Positions 37,822 through 60,225 of a DNA stretch of 64,000 nucleotides are shown here, one piece after another. The notes below the pieces were generated by a model. The model ran no database searches and was not told the DNA's origin. It was given only the letters and a program-made list of their open reading frames with translations. Each line of letters starts with the position of its first letter. The first letter of the stretch is position 1. The DNA is from the human T2T-CHM13v2.0 reference genome, Homo sapiens. Made by a program: the position numbers and the translations under genes. The stretch lies in the NCBI RefSeq assembly GCF_009914755.1, contig NC_060937.1; one strand, 5' to 3'.

Positions 37822-38752
37822 CTAAATGAAAAAGATTAGTATTTTTTTCCAAACAAGAAAAAATGAAAACTTAATATATACCCCTATATAACTATGTGCA
37901 GTTTGTTTTGCAAAACAAAAAGCCAAAATAAGATTAACACTAAAAGGTATAAACTTTCATTTTACTGCTGGCTCCTTATGTGTTTCAAAATTATAACTCT
38001 ACAAATAAAACATCCAGTACTGTTGAGAGTTTCCTAAATGTTATTTTTCATTAGATATCGACAGGCCACCTCCTCTTCTCTAAGAAGAGACTGGAATGTA
38101 CATACTATAAGTTTTAATGCAACACTTTTCCTATATTTTCTTACTTCTCAAATATTTCAATTTTCCTTTAATTCATTGTCAGGATTAAAAATAAGAAAAG
38201 TCTTCATTTAGCTATAAAAGCTGCAAATGATCCTTCATCACACTTAAGAGCACTTAAAGATATAAAGAATCATCTGGTAAATGTAAAATGCAAATTTTTT
38301 CTTGTCATTTAGAAGACAGATTGAATATAATTTTCTAAAACCTGACTTCAGATACATTTAGGAATACAAAGAAAAAGAAACAAAAAACACCTAACTCCTG
38401 GGTTGTTCTAAAAAATATTAGACAGTATTGGGTAAACTTTGTAATTCATTCAATAAATATTCTAAGCATTTGTGTTAAGTCCTGGAATATTTTTAGTGGA
38501 ATCAAAAATTATATATTTGGTGAAGTCTTTCATGCAATGGTTGAAAGGAAATAAAACAAGTTAAGAGATTGATAAATGATTTTTAAAAGCACCAAGACAG
38601 TGTTTCCATGCAAACGCTGGCATTTAGTTCTATCCACTATGTATGGTATATTGGGAACAAAATATTGCTGGATAAAAAATGAGAACTTTAATATAATATT
38701 TGATCTTCAAATTAGAATTTAAACAAAAAGGTCCTTAAGCTTTTGAATACAA

Positions 38753-40683
<1,931 letters not shown>

Positions 40684-41561
40684 GTCTACTTTTATTTTTA
40701 ATAAAAAATTTTAAAAATACAAAAAAGTAAAAAAAAAAATTAAATTATGTTGACATTTTATATCAATAAAACTACAATGATAATTTGGTCTTACTCTGAG
40801 TTAAATCTTGAATACAAAAAAGTAAACAAAGTAAACAAGACCTTATTTTTGACTTATCAAACAAAAATCTTTGGCTAAGGATTTAAGAAAACATTTTAAT
40901 AAAAACATGAAAAAAATAGTATACCATTATAAAGTTAGAAGACATAAGACTAAGACCCCAATCTGTGATGTGTAGCAAATTATTTGAGTTTTGTGTTTCC
41001 TTAGCTATCCAATGAGTGGGTTGGTCACTTGTAAGGGTTTTTCTACCTTTAAAGTTATGGTTAAGTGTGACGTTTTGACAACCAGAATTTTAGGTATTTA
41101 ATTCACATATTTTGATGGCTTTTCCCCTTCAGATATAAAGAAATATTCAGAAACAGTACTAAATATTGTCTTCTAAGCTCTGTTCAAAATGCTTAATATA
41201 TTTTATATTTATCTGTAAAGACATATTTTAAAAGTAATTTCAAAACAAAGGGAAAACTAGAATTTGTTTTATCCCAAGTAAAAATCTGAATTAATGTCTA
41301 TGTTGAATATAAATGTGCATTAAAATAAATTCCTCTAATGCTGCATAAGCTTTTTAAAAAAACTTGATGGCATTCAATACAATTATTAAATTGCAATTAC
41401 AGTATTTTAAGAGATGATACATCTGAAAAATTAGTATTAATTCATTTTTACAGAATCATACTAAAAATAACAAGATTATCAATAATACTGAAAAGACTAT
41501 CAATAAAACTGAAAACACATTAGTAACATTAATATACATTAAAACACAACTGTAGAGTATG

Positions 41562-41650
41562 GTCAACCTTACTTCAGCAGCACAGTTAATACTGGAGATA
41601 ATTTTAGAATCTTAACGCCAATATTTACGTGCTGCTAAGGCACTGCTGAC
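41562..41650 (-). ncRNA. MIR16-1: pre-miR-16-1; mature miR-16-5p at 41616-41637
   Basis: Reverse complement reads GUCAGCAGUGCCU-UAGCAGCACGUAAAUAUUGGCG-UUAAGAUUCUAAAAUUAUCU-CCAGUAUUAACUGUGCUGCUGA-AGUAAGGUUGAC, and it forms a hairpin. Confidence 0.99.
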
Positions 41651-41707
41651 ATTGCTATCATAAGAGCTATGAATAAAAAGAAATATATTTTCTTCAGAAG
41701 ATCAGAT

Positions 41708-41790
41708 CCTTGTATTTTTGAGGCAGCACAATATGGCCTGCACCTTTTCAAAATCCACAAACCATTATGTGCTGCTACTTTACTCCAAGG
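41708..41790 (-). ncRNA. MIR15A: pre-miR-15a; mature miR-15a-5p at 41756-41777
   Basis: Reverse complement reads CCUUGGAGUAAAG-UAGCAGCACAUAAUGGUUUGUG-GAUUUUGAAAAGGUG-CAGGCCAUAUUGUGCUGCCUCA-AAAAUACAAGG. Confidence 0.99.
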
Positions 41791-42172
41791 TTTTATTTTT
41801 TTTAAACACACATTCGCGCCTAAAGAATATAAAAAATATTTTCTTTCAGGAAAAAAAGAATGCATGTAAAAAAATCTATGTTTAAACATTATAACATTGA
41901 TGTAATATGCATAATTATTTTTAAGGAGATTTTAAGTAGAATAATAAAACATTTCTACATCAAAAACTTAACTGAAGTCCATTCTGTGCCCAGCACAGTG
42001 CTATAGGTTAGGAAACACAAAGAATAAAATGAGGAAAAGAAAAGCATTTATTTGCTATGCCAACTTAACAGGGCAATACAACTAAATGCTTAAACTTTTG
42101 AATATATTCAATATATGAAGTTATTTTTCCTTGTATAAACAAACAAGTAAATTTATAAAATTTGATCTTTAC

Positions 42173-42311
42173 CTTGGTAAAAGGAGAATTTACAAACATT
42201 TTGTTCCTTGCAGTACACCTTTCAAAAGACATCTTCATCAAATAGGTAAGACTTCACATCAAGGGAAAAACATGAAATGACATACAAGAGCTCAGTTTCA
42301 ATAAACTTAAG
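42173..42311 (-). ncRNA. DLEU2: Probable DLEU2 exon immediately upstream of miR-15a
   Basis: Minus strand: donor CCAAG|gtaaag at 42173, ~380 nt before miR-15a. Candidate acceptor tttgcattttgctag|C at 42311 is less certain. Confidence 0.6.
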
Positions 42312-43070
42312 CTAGCAAAATGCAAATATACTTTTAAAGAAAAATACTTTAATTCTAAATGTTAATTTTATTAAATATCTAATTAAGACATTTTAATTCC
42401 AAATATAGTTAAGAAAAAAAGCTCTAAACAAACTAATTCTCCCTTAAATAATTTGTTATTAATAATCTAAATATTTTACTTTCAACATTGATCTTCATAC
42501 TAGAAGTTCTCTTAGAGTTGGATATCATTTGATACAGTAATTCTAAAATATGAATCCTTAAGTAATTCTAAAATATGAATCCTTGGGATGATAAGTTAAT
42601 TTGGTACCCTGAGATGAGAAATAAAACAAATCCCATAGCTCTTAATCTTCCTATTCCCTGTTTCTGGCCCATTTACCAGGTAAGGAAGAAACTCCTAGTT
42701 TCCACTTTCTCAGATGTAGAAATGAAATTCCTTTTCTCTAAAAGATATCAGAAAATTGCCACCACTCTAGTGGTGCCACCATTCAAGCCTGGACAATCTT
42801 TTTTGCCCCATGTTCTCATCATTAAAATGACTATGCTAAAGTTACATCTATTACAGAATAGTAAGGTGATGTACACAACCAAAGCACTAAAATTTGCTCT
42901 TCCATTCTAATATCTAATTACTTATACAAAGCACAGGGTCACATTCCATATGAAATTTTTCTGAGTATTTTTCCCATTAATAAAAAATATATGTAGCTAA
43001 TCTCCTATCTAAGCAACCTGGATTTCACATATAACTCTGCTCCTTATTGTCTCAAGTTTCTGCACAACGT

Positions 43071-43694
<624 letters not shown>

Positions 43695-43959
43695 TAACAT
43701 GTAACCAAGATAAATCCGTTTGCATTCACTTGAGAAATATATAACATATATTTGTATTTATCAATTATATTAAGGAATTGTCCTTCAGGGTCCCCCTCAT
43801 CACATACATTTTCCAGATAAAAACTTAAACATAATTTTTTTCAAATATAAAAGGTGCCTGTAAATTATTTAACAAATATTTTATTGAATATCTACTATGT
43901 GCCAGGCACTGTCCCAGTTATTACACTAGTTGGTAGTATACCAGATAGACAGTCTCTTT

Positions 43960-45923
43960 TCAGAAAGAGTAAAGTCATTTTAAGACAACTTAAAGTGAAG
44001 GATCTTAAGCTGAAGAATTTAGTGCCAGCAAAGGATGGTTTGAGTTTCAGAAAGACGTTTGGTTTTAAAAATGTCAAGATAACAGGAGAAGCGGCTTTGA
44101 GGCAGCAGATGAGTTCCCAGACACCATTAAGAAAATCGCTGGGGAGAAAGGACAGGTTTTTTTTTTTTTTTTTTTTTGAGATGGAGTCTTGCTCTGTCGC
44201 CCAGGCTGGAGTGCAGTGGTGCCATCTAGGCTCACTGCAAGCTCCGCCTCCTGGGTTCATGCCATTCTCCTGTCTTAGCCTCCCGAGAAGCTGAGACTAC
44301 AGGCGCCTGCCACCACGCCTGGCGAATTTTTTGTATTTTTAGTAGAGACGGGGTTTCACCATGTTAGCCAGGATGGTCTCAATCTCCTGACCTCGTGATC
44401 CGCCTGCCTCGGCCTCCCAAAGTGCTGGGATTACAGGTGTGAGCCACCATGCCCAGCCCAGGATGGGTTTTTAATGCTGATAAATATGCCCTATTCTGGA
44501 AGAAAATGCCACAAAGGACATTTATTAGTAAGGAAGAAAAGCAAGCACCAGGATTTAAGGCAGGAAGAGATAGGCAAACTCTACTGTTCTGTGCAAATGC
44601 AGTCGGTTTGCTGCCCTTAGCCATAAAGCTGCTAATCCCTGAGCCTCAAAGGGAAAAAACACCAGCAGCCAGTCTTTTGGTTGTACAACAAGAAGGTATG
44701 AACGAGAATGCTTTTTCTGGATTGGTTCCATCAATGCTTTGTTCCCAAAGTCAGGAAGTACCTTGCCAATAAGGGACTGCCTTTTAAAGTTCTTTTGATA
44801 TTGGACAATACTCCCGGCCACCCAGAACCACAAGTTCAACACCAAAAGCACTGAGGTGGTCTACGTGCCCCCACACAATGTCTTTATTTCATCCTCTGTA
44901 TTAGGGTCATAAGGACCTTTACAGCTCATTATACATTGTACTCTGTGGGAATGACTATCAACGCTGTGGAAGAGAACCCTGATAGAATAACATGAAAGTC
45001 TGGAAGAATTACACCACTGATTATGCCACTGTTGTTACAGAAAAAGCTGTGAATGCCATCAAGTCTTAAACACATTCCTGGAGAAAACTGTGTCCAGATG
45101 ATGTGTATGACTTCACAGGATTTATGACAGAGACAATCGAGGAAATCATGAAAGAGACTGTGGTTATGACAAAAAAAGGTATGGTTGGGGAAGGCCGAAG
45201 GGTTTCAAGATATGGATCTTTGAGAAATTCAACAGCTAACAGACACCACACCATAGAAATTAACAGACAACTTGATCGAGATGATCGGTTCTGCACTAGT
45301 GCCAGATGATGAGGAAGACAACATAGAAGCAGTGCCAGACATATACTGCTGGCACTGACATTAGAGAGTCTGGCAGAAGGGTTGCAATTATTCAAGACTA
45401 CTTTTGATTTCTTTTATGACATGGACTCTTCTATAATATGGGCACTGAAACTAAAGCAAAAGGTGGACAGACGATTGTTAATATATAAAAACACTTTTTA
45501 GAAAAATAAAAAAAGCAAAAAAGTCAGGCAGAAATTACGATTATTTCTGTAAAGTTACACCAACTGTGCCTGGCCTTTCCTGCCTCCTCTCCCACCTCCT
45601 CCACCTCTTCCACTCCAGAGACAGCAAAACCAACCCCTTTTCTTCCTCAGCCTGCTCAATGTGAAAACAGTGAAGATGAAGGCCTGTATGATGATCCACT
45701 TCCATTTAATCAATAGTAAATATATTTTCTTTAGCTTACTTTAATATGGTATATGATATGCATAACATACAGAATATGTTATTGACTTTATGTTATTGGT
45801 AAGGCTTCTGGTCAACAGTAGGCTATCTGTAGTTGAGTTTTAGGGAAGCCAAAAGTTATACATAGATTTTCAACTGCATGGGGATTGGCGCCTCTAATCC
45901 TCACATTGTTCAAGGGTCAATTG
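43960..45923 (+). mobile_element. Tigger2 (pogo-like) DNA transposon fossil, 5'-truncated, interrupted by an AluY-like element (~44157-44458, -)
   Basis: Degenerate transposase motifs FNAD..ALFWKKMPQRTFISKEEKQAPGFKAGRDR.TLLFCANA.G and KVLLILDNTPGHP. Right TIR ttgttcaagggtcaattg|TA. Confidence 0.85.
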
Positions 45924-45929
45924 TATTTT

Positions 45930-48105
<2,176 letters not shown>

Positions 48106-49312
48106 TTTACTATTATCTTTTGTAACTAAAATTGGTTTAAGGGCTTTCTGGCAATCTCGGTCCATTCATTCTCTAATTCTCCTAGAAACACATCAGACAG
48201 CTGTGTCCCCTCTCTTCTTTCAAACTTCCAACACTTTCCCTTTCATTTTTACTTTCACTGAGAAAACAGAAACTATCAGAAATTTCCTCAGTTCCCACCA
48301 AATCTAACATGTATCTGTGTGCATACAACTCTTACTTCTTTCTAGTATCAATGAACCCTCACTGTTCATAAGACAAATTCCTTCTCTTTGATCTTCACTT
48401 ACTTACTTAAGGATATTCCTTTAGATATTCTCCTGCATCTTTAATCTTCCTCTCTGTTGCATGATTCTTATCAGCAAAAGTGCTACAATTTATCTCAGCA
48501 TAATTTTATCTCTTAAAGACTGTTGCTATCTGTAATAACACTGCAATTTTATCACTGATGTTTTAGTAAACCACCATGGAGGAAGACTTTTTCCTTGTCT
48601 ATTTTCCTTTTATTTCTAACTATCTGATTTATATTTGAAAGCCTGAAACATTTGAACTATTAAAATATTTATTATAATTCTCCAGAAAAAAATATGAAAA
48701 TTCTTGATTTAAATGTATTAACAAATTGAAAGATTCAGTGGAACAATTCCAAGCACATAGAGAGGATATATCTCTTTCTTTTCTTGTGTTCGATAATAAT
48801 AATCTCCTCCCAGTGTGGTATGGTTTGATTTTTCCTTTCCACTTATCTTCGCCTTAGGGGCTGCCAAAGTAGGTTTTATACTATGCCTTCAAAAAGGGAC
48901 TATTTTAAATTTAAAATTTCCTTGAGTCTATAAGTTTAGACTATTTCTACTCACATGATAGGGATATTCAGATACTAATACATGCCATCAATATGGTTTT
49001 GCTAGTTTGTTGTTTAGACATGTCCTTGTATGGCACTATGTTACTTTAGGTTTTCTGAACATTTAATTTTACTTTCAATCCAGCATCAACACAATCTGTA
49101 ATGGTAATTACTTCCTCCAAATATGCCTTACTTCTATTCTGCACTTGAAGCTCTAAGGAACTGTGTATATACAGTGCCTCGGCCACAGAATGACTATCCT
49201 TGCTCAATGACAGTGGAATAATACACAGTATGTCAGTATTATACCAGACAGAAAATTTATAAATAGCTATTCTTCAATACCTTTACGTAAAGGCCTGAGT
49301 TATGGGGTCTAA

Positions 49313-49690
<378 letters not shown>

Positions 49691-50544
49691 TAAAGTGTCC
49701 AAATATATAACATTTACAGGAAAGATTAAAATGTGCTTTTGCTTGATTCTTGTTTCTGGAATATAAATACTTAAAAACAAAAAGGCTCTATTAACTAGAG
49801 AAGATAGCTTTAAAATTCAGTGTTAGGAATACGCATTCAATAAAATAATAATCAGATTTAATCCAACATGACTGTTTTATAATATAAAAAACCTAGTTGT
49901 TGAGTTTAGGCAAATATAAAGTTTTACTGTTTCTAAACTGCCTTGATTTCTTCTGATGAAAAAATGACTGAAAGATTGCTTAAAAACTGTGTATGAAGTA
50001 GATTTCAATCTGGAAAATTTATTCCAGAAAGTCAGACTATATATATAAGCCCCCCAAATGTTATTTTAATATTAGATTCTCTTATAATCATTTCCTTATA
50101 CAAAAAGTTAAACTTCTTAGAAATCAAACATTCATATTTTATTTGATGACTTTACTTCCTAAATACTAAGTATGACTAAATTACAAATATATCATGTTAG
50201 TCAAGAAATGCAATATAAAAAGGTTTGATAAATATGCTATTTACATTTTTTCTTACATTCTTCTTTTGCTCCCTTTTATGTCCTAATCATTCATACTTGC
50301 CCATTGTTATTCTTTCTTAACACTCAATTTTCATCTTGTGTCAATCATCCCTTGTATTCAGCTAGTCAATAAAATGAATTGATTCTTTAAGACCTCAGTT
50401 CATTGATTTCTTCGCCATTCTTGATTTCATACCTTAAATCTGGATTTAAGTACCTTATAAATCCAATTGCATTTTAGCTGGACCTCCTAGTCCTTAATCA
50501 ATTAATAAATCTTCCCAAAGTTACATATTCAAGAATGTATCTAG

Positions 50545-51426
<882 letters not shown>

Positions 51427-52949
51427 GTAATTTCTAGTTTCCTAAGTAGAATCTCTACTTTCTGCCTAAGTATCAAGGTCTGTATAATTAAGATCTATCC
51501 AATGTTTCCTGCTTTTCTCCAAAGAAAACACTTCCATTCCAGTTAAATGGTCTCTTTTAAGACATTAACAACCACTAAGAACCTTTGAATACAGAAAATT
51601 ATTCTCATTATTAGGTACTGTGTTGGGCAGATAACTGGTTCCCTATTCCATACTTATCTCTCCATTCAAAATGGACTAGCTGTGAGGAAATCTTTACTAG
51701 TATAGACCATGCCATTTCTTCAATCCTTTATCTTAGTCCACTGGAAATATCATCATGACTCCATCCCTTAAATCTCTGCTTTTACGTTTGCTGGCTGAAA
51801 GAAAAGCCACTTTGCCTAACCAGATACAGAAAGAGCCCTAATGGCTAGATGTAGAGCCAAAGAAAAGAGCTTCTAAAAAAAAAAATACAAAAATATTCTG
51901 AAGACAGAATCATTCAGTCCTTATCCTTTACACAACAACCATAGTTCCAAGTCTGGTGGTTTATATTCTGGGCTGTGGGCCTTTGATATACCAGAACTCT
52001 CCATTCTTATAATCTTCCAACAAAAAAAAGTAGTTATATTGAAAGGTGAGACAAAATAAGTAAATTAAATGTCTTGCTTAATAATTCAACTTGAATATAA
52101 TAAATCTGAGTAGATGGGAATCTTTAAATCTCTTAAGTTGGTTTTCTATGTTAGAATTTAATATATTTTAAGAAATATGGAAAAAATAAATTGTATATAA
52201 GTTAATGTTTTTTCCTTGTTAATGATTTACAGCTCTAATTTTATTTCCAATAACATTTTTTAGACATTTTCTTACATGTGCTCTATTATCAGTTCATCTG
52301 TAGTTTACATAAAGTTGTTATTGCATTTAACAAAATCATTTAGAAATTCTTTTTATTTATTTATTTCTGTCCTTACAATCTGTTCTCATTGAAATTCTAG
52401 TCATGTCTCCTAAACTACAGAATCATCCTCAGTACAATAAATCTACTGGTCAATTTCTACATTTTAAACTTACTATCAGTAAAATAAACAGCAGAAATTT
52501 ATACAAGCACATCTAGTAGTGAACAGGTGTTCAACAAATGCCTACTGAATCTAAATTTACAGGATTTGAAATTCTAACACACTTAAGTGTTTCAGTGAAC
52601 TGCAGCTCAACATGACCCGATAGTATTGATGAAAAAAAAAGCTAGTGCAATCAGACTGCACTATAGAACTTTATTCATAGATGCAGTGTGTTTTGTACCT
52701 ATACTACATTAAGTATATTGCAATTAATTCTAAATACAATTATTTAAAAAGGAATACTAACAAAATGTAACAGATCCAAAGTAGGGTATCCAGAAAATAT
52801 TGGTCTAGAAATTAATATGGTCTAGAAAAAATATGGTCTAGAAATTAATGCTATATGGCAACAGTGGAAGGACCTCAGAATGTACAGCTTAGAGAAAAGA
52901 CATAAAAACAATTTTTAGACAGTAGATCTAGGGCCAGAGAACAAAGTTA

Positions 52950-53774
52950 TAAACAGATCTTCAAATGATGTTTCATTCAACATTGTTTCATTTTTAATAC
53001 TGAAGAGGAAAAATATAGAGATTTCTGTCTGGGGCCACAGTGTGTGGAGTTTCCACGTTCTCCCCATGTCTGCATGGGTTTTCTCCCACATCCCAAAGAT
53101 GTGCATGTTATGTTAGTTGGCACATCTAAATTGTCTCAGTATGGCTGAGTGTCGGGGTAGGAGGACACCCTGTGATAGAATGGCATCCTATCCAGGGTTG
53201 GTTCCCACCTCGCATCCTGAGCTTCTAGGATAGGCTCCAGCCACCTGCAACCCCAAAGTGGAGTAAGTGGGTTGGAAAATGAATGAATGTAAATTACTGC
53301 AAAATAAAAACTTGTCAAATATACAATCATCATACAAATGCACAACAACAAATGATGTAGTATGAAAGTGCTCAGCAAGCATGCCATATTTGTTATTGCT
53401 TGTTTTTGAACAACATGGTAGTAGAAGGTGCTCCTTACAATTTCTGCTTTACAAACATTTATTCCTTATTTTAACTCACCACCACTATGACCATCATCGC
53501 TGACTCATCAAAAATTGGGTAAATGATGATCTTGTTTCTATTAAACTTTCTTAAATGTATGTTTAACTCACATTTATTTCACAATGTTTAATACCAGAAA
53601 TGTGTTGGATCTTTATTTAGAAGGTGATGTTCTTTGTGACCAGAAATAGGCTATAGGAACTTAACTCTTGTTTATATCAATTAGCCTATGGTGAAACTGG
53701 TTTTATTCTATGTCATTTAGCTTAAAGCTGCAGTTTCCAAGAATCTATTCATTACTTTAAGTGAGGACTTACTG
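52950..53774. mobile_element. MER6 (TcMar-Tigger-type) element
   Basis: Internal tgtgtggagtttccacgttctccccatgtctgcatgggttttctcc...cacatcccaaagatgtgcatgtta; terminus ttaagtgaggacttactg|TA. Confidence 0.75.
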
Positions 53775-54093
53775 TACTAAGTTGAAACCTGCCCTCTGAT
53801 GAGAAACTTATTTTATGTTAATTAACATAAATGTAATTTATAACGTAAAGGAAAACATTTGTTTACTATGATTCTAATTCTAATATTCTAGGGTCAAAAT
53901 AAAATTAATAAAGTTCAATTTAAAATAAAATTGACTTAGAAAAATTTAGTGTACTTTACTTATTTTGTCTTGTTAAGGATTTGGAGGACAGATTGCCAGT
54001 TTTAAGTTCCGACTACAGGGCACCAAATACTAGAGGCATAAAGAAACAGCTGAACTAAGGATATAAAAACTAAAAGTAATAATTTAAAACTGA

Positions 54094-55400
<1,307 letters not shown>

Positions 55401-57348
55401 CAAAGTAACTTGTTTTAATGGAAAAACAAGCATAAATTAATTTAGTGGATATAACAGGAAAAATGAAGCTTATAGTCTAGGCAAAAAGGTGTGATAATTG
55501 ACAACATATATTTTAATTATGCATTCAATTTATTCCTCTTTTACATAGAGATTAAATTTAAAAACTCAAGTTTCAGACTAATAGGTAGTAGATTAGGGCA
55601 AAAGTACATAGAATAAGTCAGGGGATGTTACTTATTGCATTTATAACTTGAAATCCCCATGACAGCAGAGTTGATTATATCTGTACATTTATTTTCTATT
55701 TAAATCAGGCCCCATGCTGTTAAATTCTACCTTTTGTTTTCCTAAGAAAACAACCAAGTAACTTCATACTAAGAAATTCCCTATTATTCCTCTTTGAATC
55801 ATCCATCTTGAAGGTAAGAAGTTGTTCAGGTTGAGGAAACAAGCCCAACCCCTTTTTATAATTTTGGCACTAAAAATCAAATTTTATGGTGCAATTTTAT
55901 TAAGAGCGAAAACACAGCCATCGCTTAAGCATAAAAGCTCATATTTAACTCAATTATTTTGCTAAACATATATAAGACAAATATGGAAGAATGAGGACAA
56001 GGAACACCTGGCATTTTTATTAAATGTCTAATTCTCAAAAATAGCAATTATTTGAACAATGAAAAACAGCTGCAGCATATTGTGAACTTTCTCTATATTC
56101 ATAAATTATAGAATACATAAGAGCCTAGATTTTATATATTTACTAAATTAATGGCACTTCATCATATCAATAGGTTTATAAGACATTCTCTTTACTACCA
56201 AATGCTGACAATAGCTGGTACCTTTATGAATTTTTTGGGTTATAACACTCTTTCACCACTAATCCAACTGCCAAAAGAGCAATTTATTTTTTCTCTTTTG
56301 GGGAATTCCTTTCTCCCAGAAACATTCCCATTTTTAAAACTATTCAAGATAATTAGAATTTCCTCATCAGTGACACAGGTATACAGCAATTTACACAAGA
56401 GTAAATTTCTATCACAATAATTAAAAATAAGAGAAACTTTGGCTATGTCTAGTGCATAATATAATTACATCATTATGGTTTTATTGAAAGCACAACAGAT
56501 TTTATATCATTTGCCATATATCAATTACTTACTGCTCCACTGATAAAAACATTGATTTTTTTTGCAGTATTTTCAGTCAGTCCTACGTTTGTACATTTTA
56601 TAATTTACAATTGACAATATTTTCTAGGCTGATGATTACATACCATTGCTTTTATTGCTAACCTGATAATACTTCTAAAAACTTATATTGATAACTAGTC
56701 ATATGTGAGAAATAGTTTTTGTTATTTCTTTTTACTAGGCTTGCTCTTGATAGCAGCCAAATTTAATAAGTCTTTGGAATTAGGAAGTAATTTATCTCTA
56801 TCATTTTTGTTTATGGAACTAACATTGACAGCACTGGTGAATATTCTGCTTCATCTTTTCTTTCCCTATTTATAAAGTCAATGTTTTAAGATTTTTATTG
56901 TAGATTATTAAAAAGAGAGATGTAATATTCTTAACTGCTGACAATGTTTTGAGATTTTTTTAAGCACCAAATATATATTTAAATTTACATAACAGATGTC
57001 AACATGTATTTACATTTGCAGGTAAACATATGTTTACATTTACAAACAGAAATATATAATTTAAGTGTCTGTATTCGAAAATGCAATGTGAAAAATAAAA
57101 ATAATTCAAAAAAGAAAAAGAAATAAAGACATATAATTATTTCTGAATTTTTTGTTAAGCAGCGAAAGTTTAAGATCTCTAAATTGAAAAATAAACTTGA
57201 AAAATACTCCATCTCTATATTTAATTTGTAAAAATGAACCCCAAACTGCCATTGTTTGACAGGATTGTATACATGAACATCACTGTTCTACAACTTCTAG
57301 AACATCCACATTCCACAAATGAACAGCTTTAAAAAAAATCCCATCTTA

Positions 57349-58240
<892 letters not shown>

Positions 58241-59846
58241 AAAATATATATCCCATCTTAAAAAATAAATGGCATTAAACAAACATTAAAAAAATGATAG
58301 AAGGGGAACACACAATCACACACAGCATCACTGACTATTGCCAGTCACTATGTACCTATTATTCTGGGTATTGTTTAATTGGAAACATCACCATTTTAGA
58401 ATCTAAGATTAAGGGGAATCTACCTAGAACAGACAACAGAAAGCATTCCAACTATGAAATATGATAAATGGCCTATGTTTAAAAGATGCTGGAGAGTATC
58501 CAAGAAAGACTGCTAGCTTAGAAATTTATAAAGGAGATGAAATGAAGAATGTGATATTATCTGTGCTTATGTATCTGTTAGAATTCAATGATACCTATTT
58601 CTTGTTGAAAAGTGGACTGCCCTCCATTCTGAGTGTAGTACGAATTAAAAAGACTTCTTTTTTTAAAGAGTTAAGTTGAAGAAGGGCTGAGCTGGCTTCC
58701 AAGGCACTAATTAAGGAATCCAAGCCTGTACTATATAGGATTCTTTAGGGATCTGCAGATATTTCCATTCTAATTTTCCAGAGACAAAAATGTAACCGGG
58801 AGAAAATTAGAAAAAGAAAGTGACCTGTGGCATTTGACTACTACTTTGCAAACTGGCTTATTATTAACAGTTTTCAACATTTAATTGATCCCCCACTTAA
58901 AAATTCTCACCTTATTGAGTTCAATGGCTGATCGTCTATGATCATAAGGCCATCCCCAACATATACACATTATTTGAGTCACTGTGAGATAATGTAATAA
59001 AAGCATCTGAAGCACTAGTTTCATTTAAACAGAGACATGCCCTCAACATCAAGAATAGAAAGTCTTGCGCTTGAGTTTTTCTTTAGAGATGCAGAATTAG
59101 CTCAAGGAATGGATGGAAATGACATTTTTTGGTAACTGATTTTAAGGTCTCGAATACTTTTATGGAAATAAGTATCCTGCGCATTTTATATGCCCTTGAT
59201 CTTGTGAGTTTTTCTAGAGGCATAATATTAATTTCAGTTAACTTGTTAAAATTATTCTTTCAGAATTTCTAAGTGTCTCAAAAGTTAAATGAATTGGGGA
59301 AAAATGTTTCTTATTCTAAAAAAGAGGTATGCATGTATATATATAAAAGGAAGGAAAAAGGAGAAAAATCCTCTTTTTGATATTTGCAGGAAATATCTGA
59401 GGTTTAGCTTGGGAGGCGATGGGGCAATCCAGGGCGAGAAATGATGTCTTGAATAATTAAGGTGACTACTCCTGACCTTCAACTAAACAGACTACCTTCC
59501 TGTCTACCCTGAAGGTATCACTTTGGTGTTGCTATCCACTGATTCACTTCTGCAAACTTCCCTGACAGAAGAAAGGAGGACTTGCAGCTGGACACTGCTC
59601 CCTGGCTCTTCGGAGCGGTTTCTTTACACTATGCATGGACCACAGATCATCTGCTGCCATCCTACTCAGGGAGAGCTTGCTAAAGATGCATGGTCCTGGC
59701 CCCCACCCAAAACCTCTGACTTTGAATCCATGTCAGAAATCGTTTAATTTATGTACTTACTTGTTTATCTGTTTTGTTCACTGCTATATCTTTGGCTCCT
59801 AGAAAAGTACTAGGAACATGGTAGATACTCAATAAATATGTACTGA

Positions 59847-60225
<379 letters not shown>

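Noticed and set aside
41635-41889. 84-aa ATG ORF spanning miR-15a on the miRNA strand (possible miPEP)
   Set aside because: Intronic, cut by Drosha, low-complexity composition and no homology. It would need ribosome-profiling evidence.
43854-45395. Transposase-like ORFs as a domesticated TIGD-type gene
   Set aside because: Frameshifts, stops, an Alu insertion and loss of the third catalytic motif.
52795-52850. Three spaced copies of tggtctagaaa; similar short tandem duplications at ~881, ~16082 and ~22941
   Set aside because: Ordinary slippage duplications; no CRISPR-like unique spacers, and the DNA is human.
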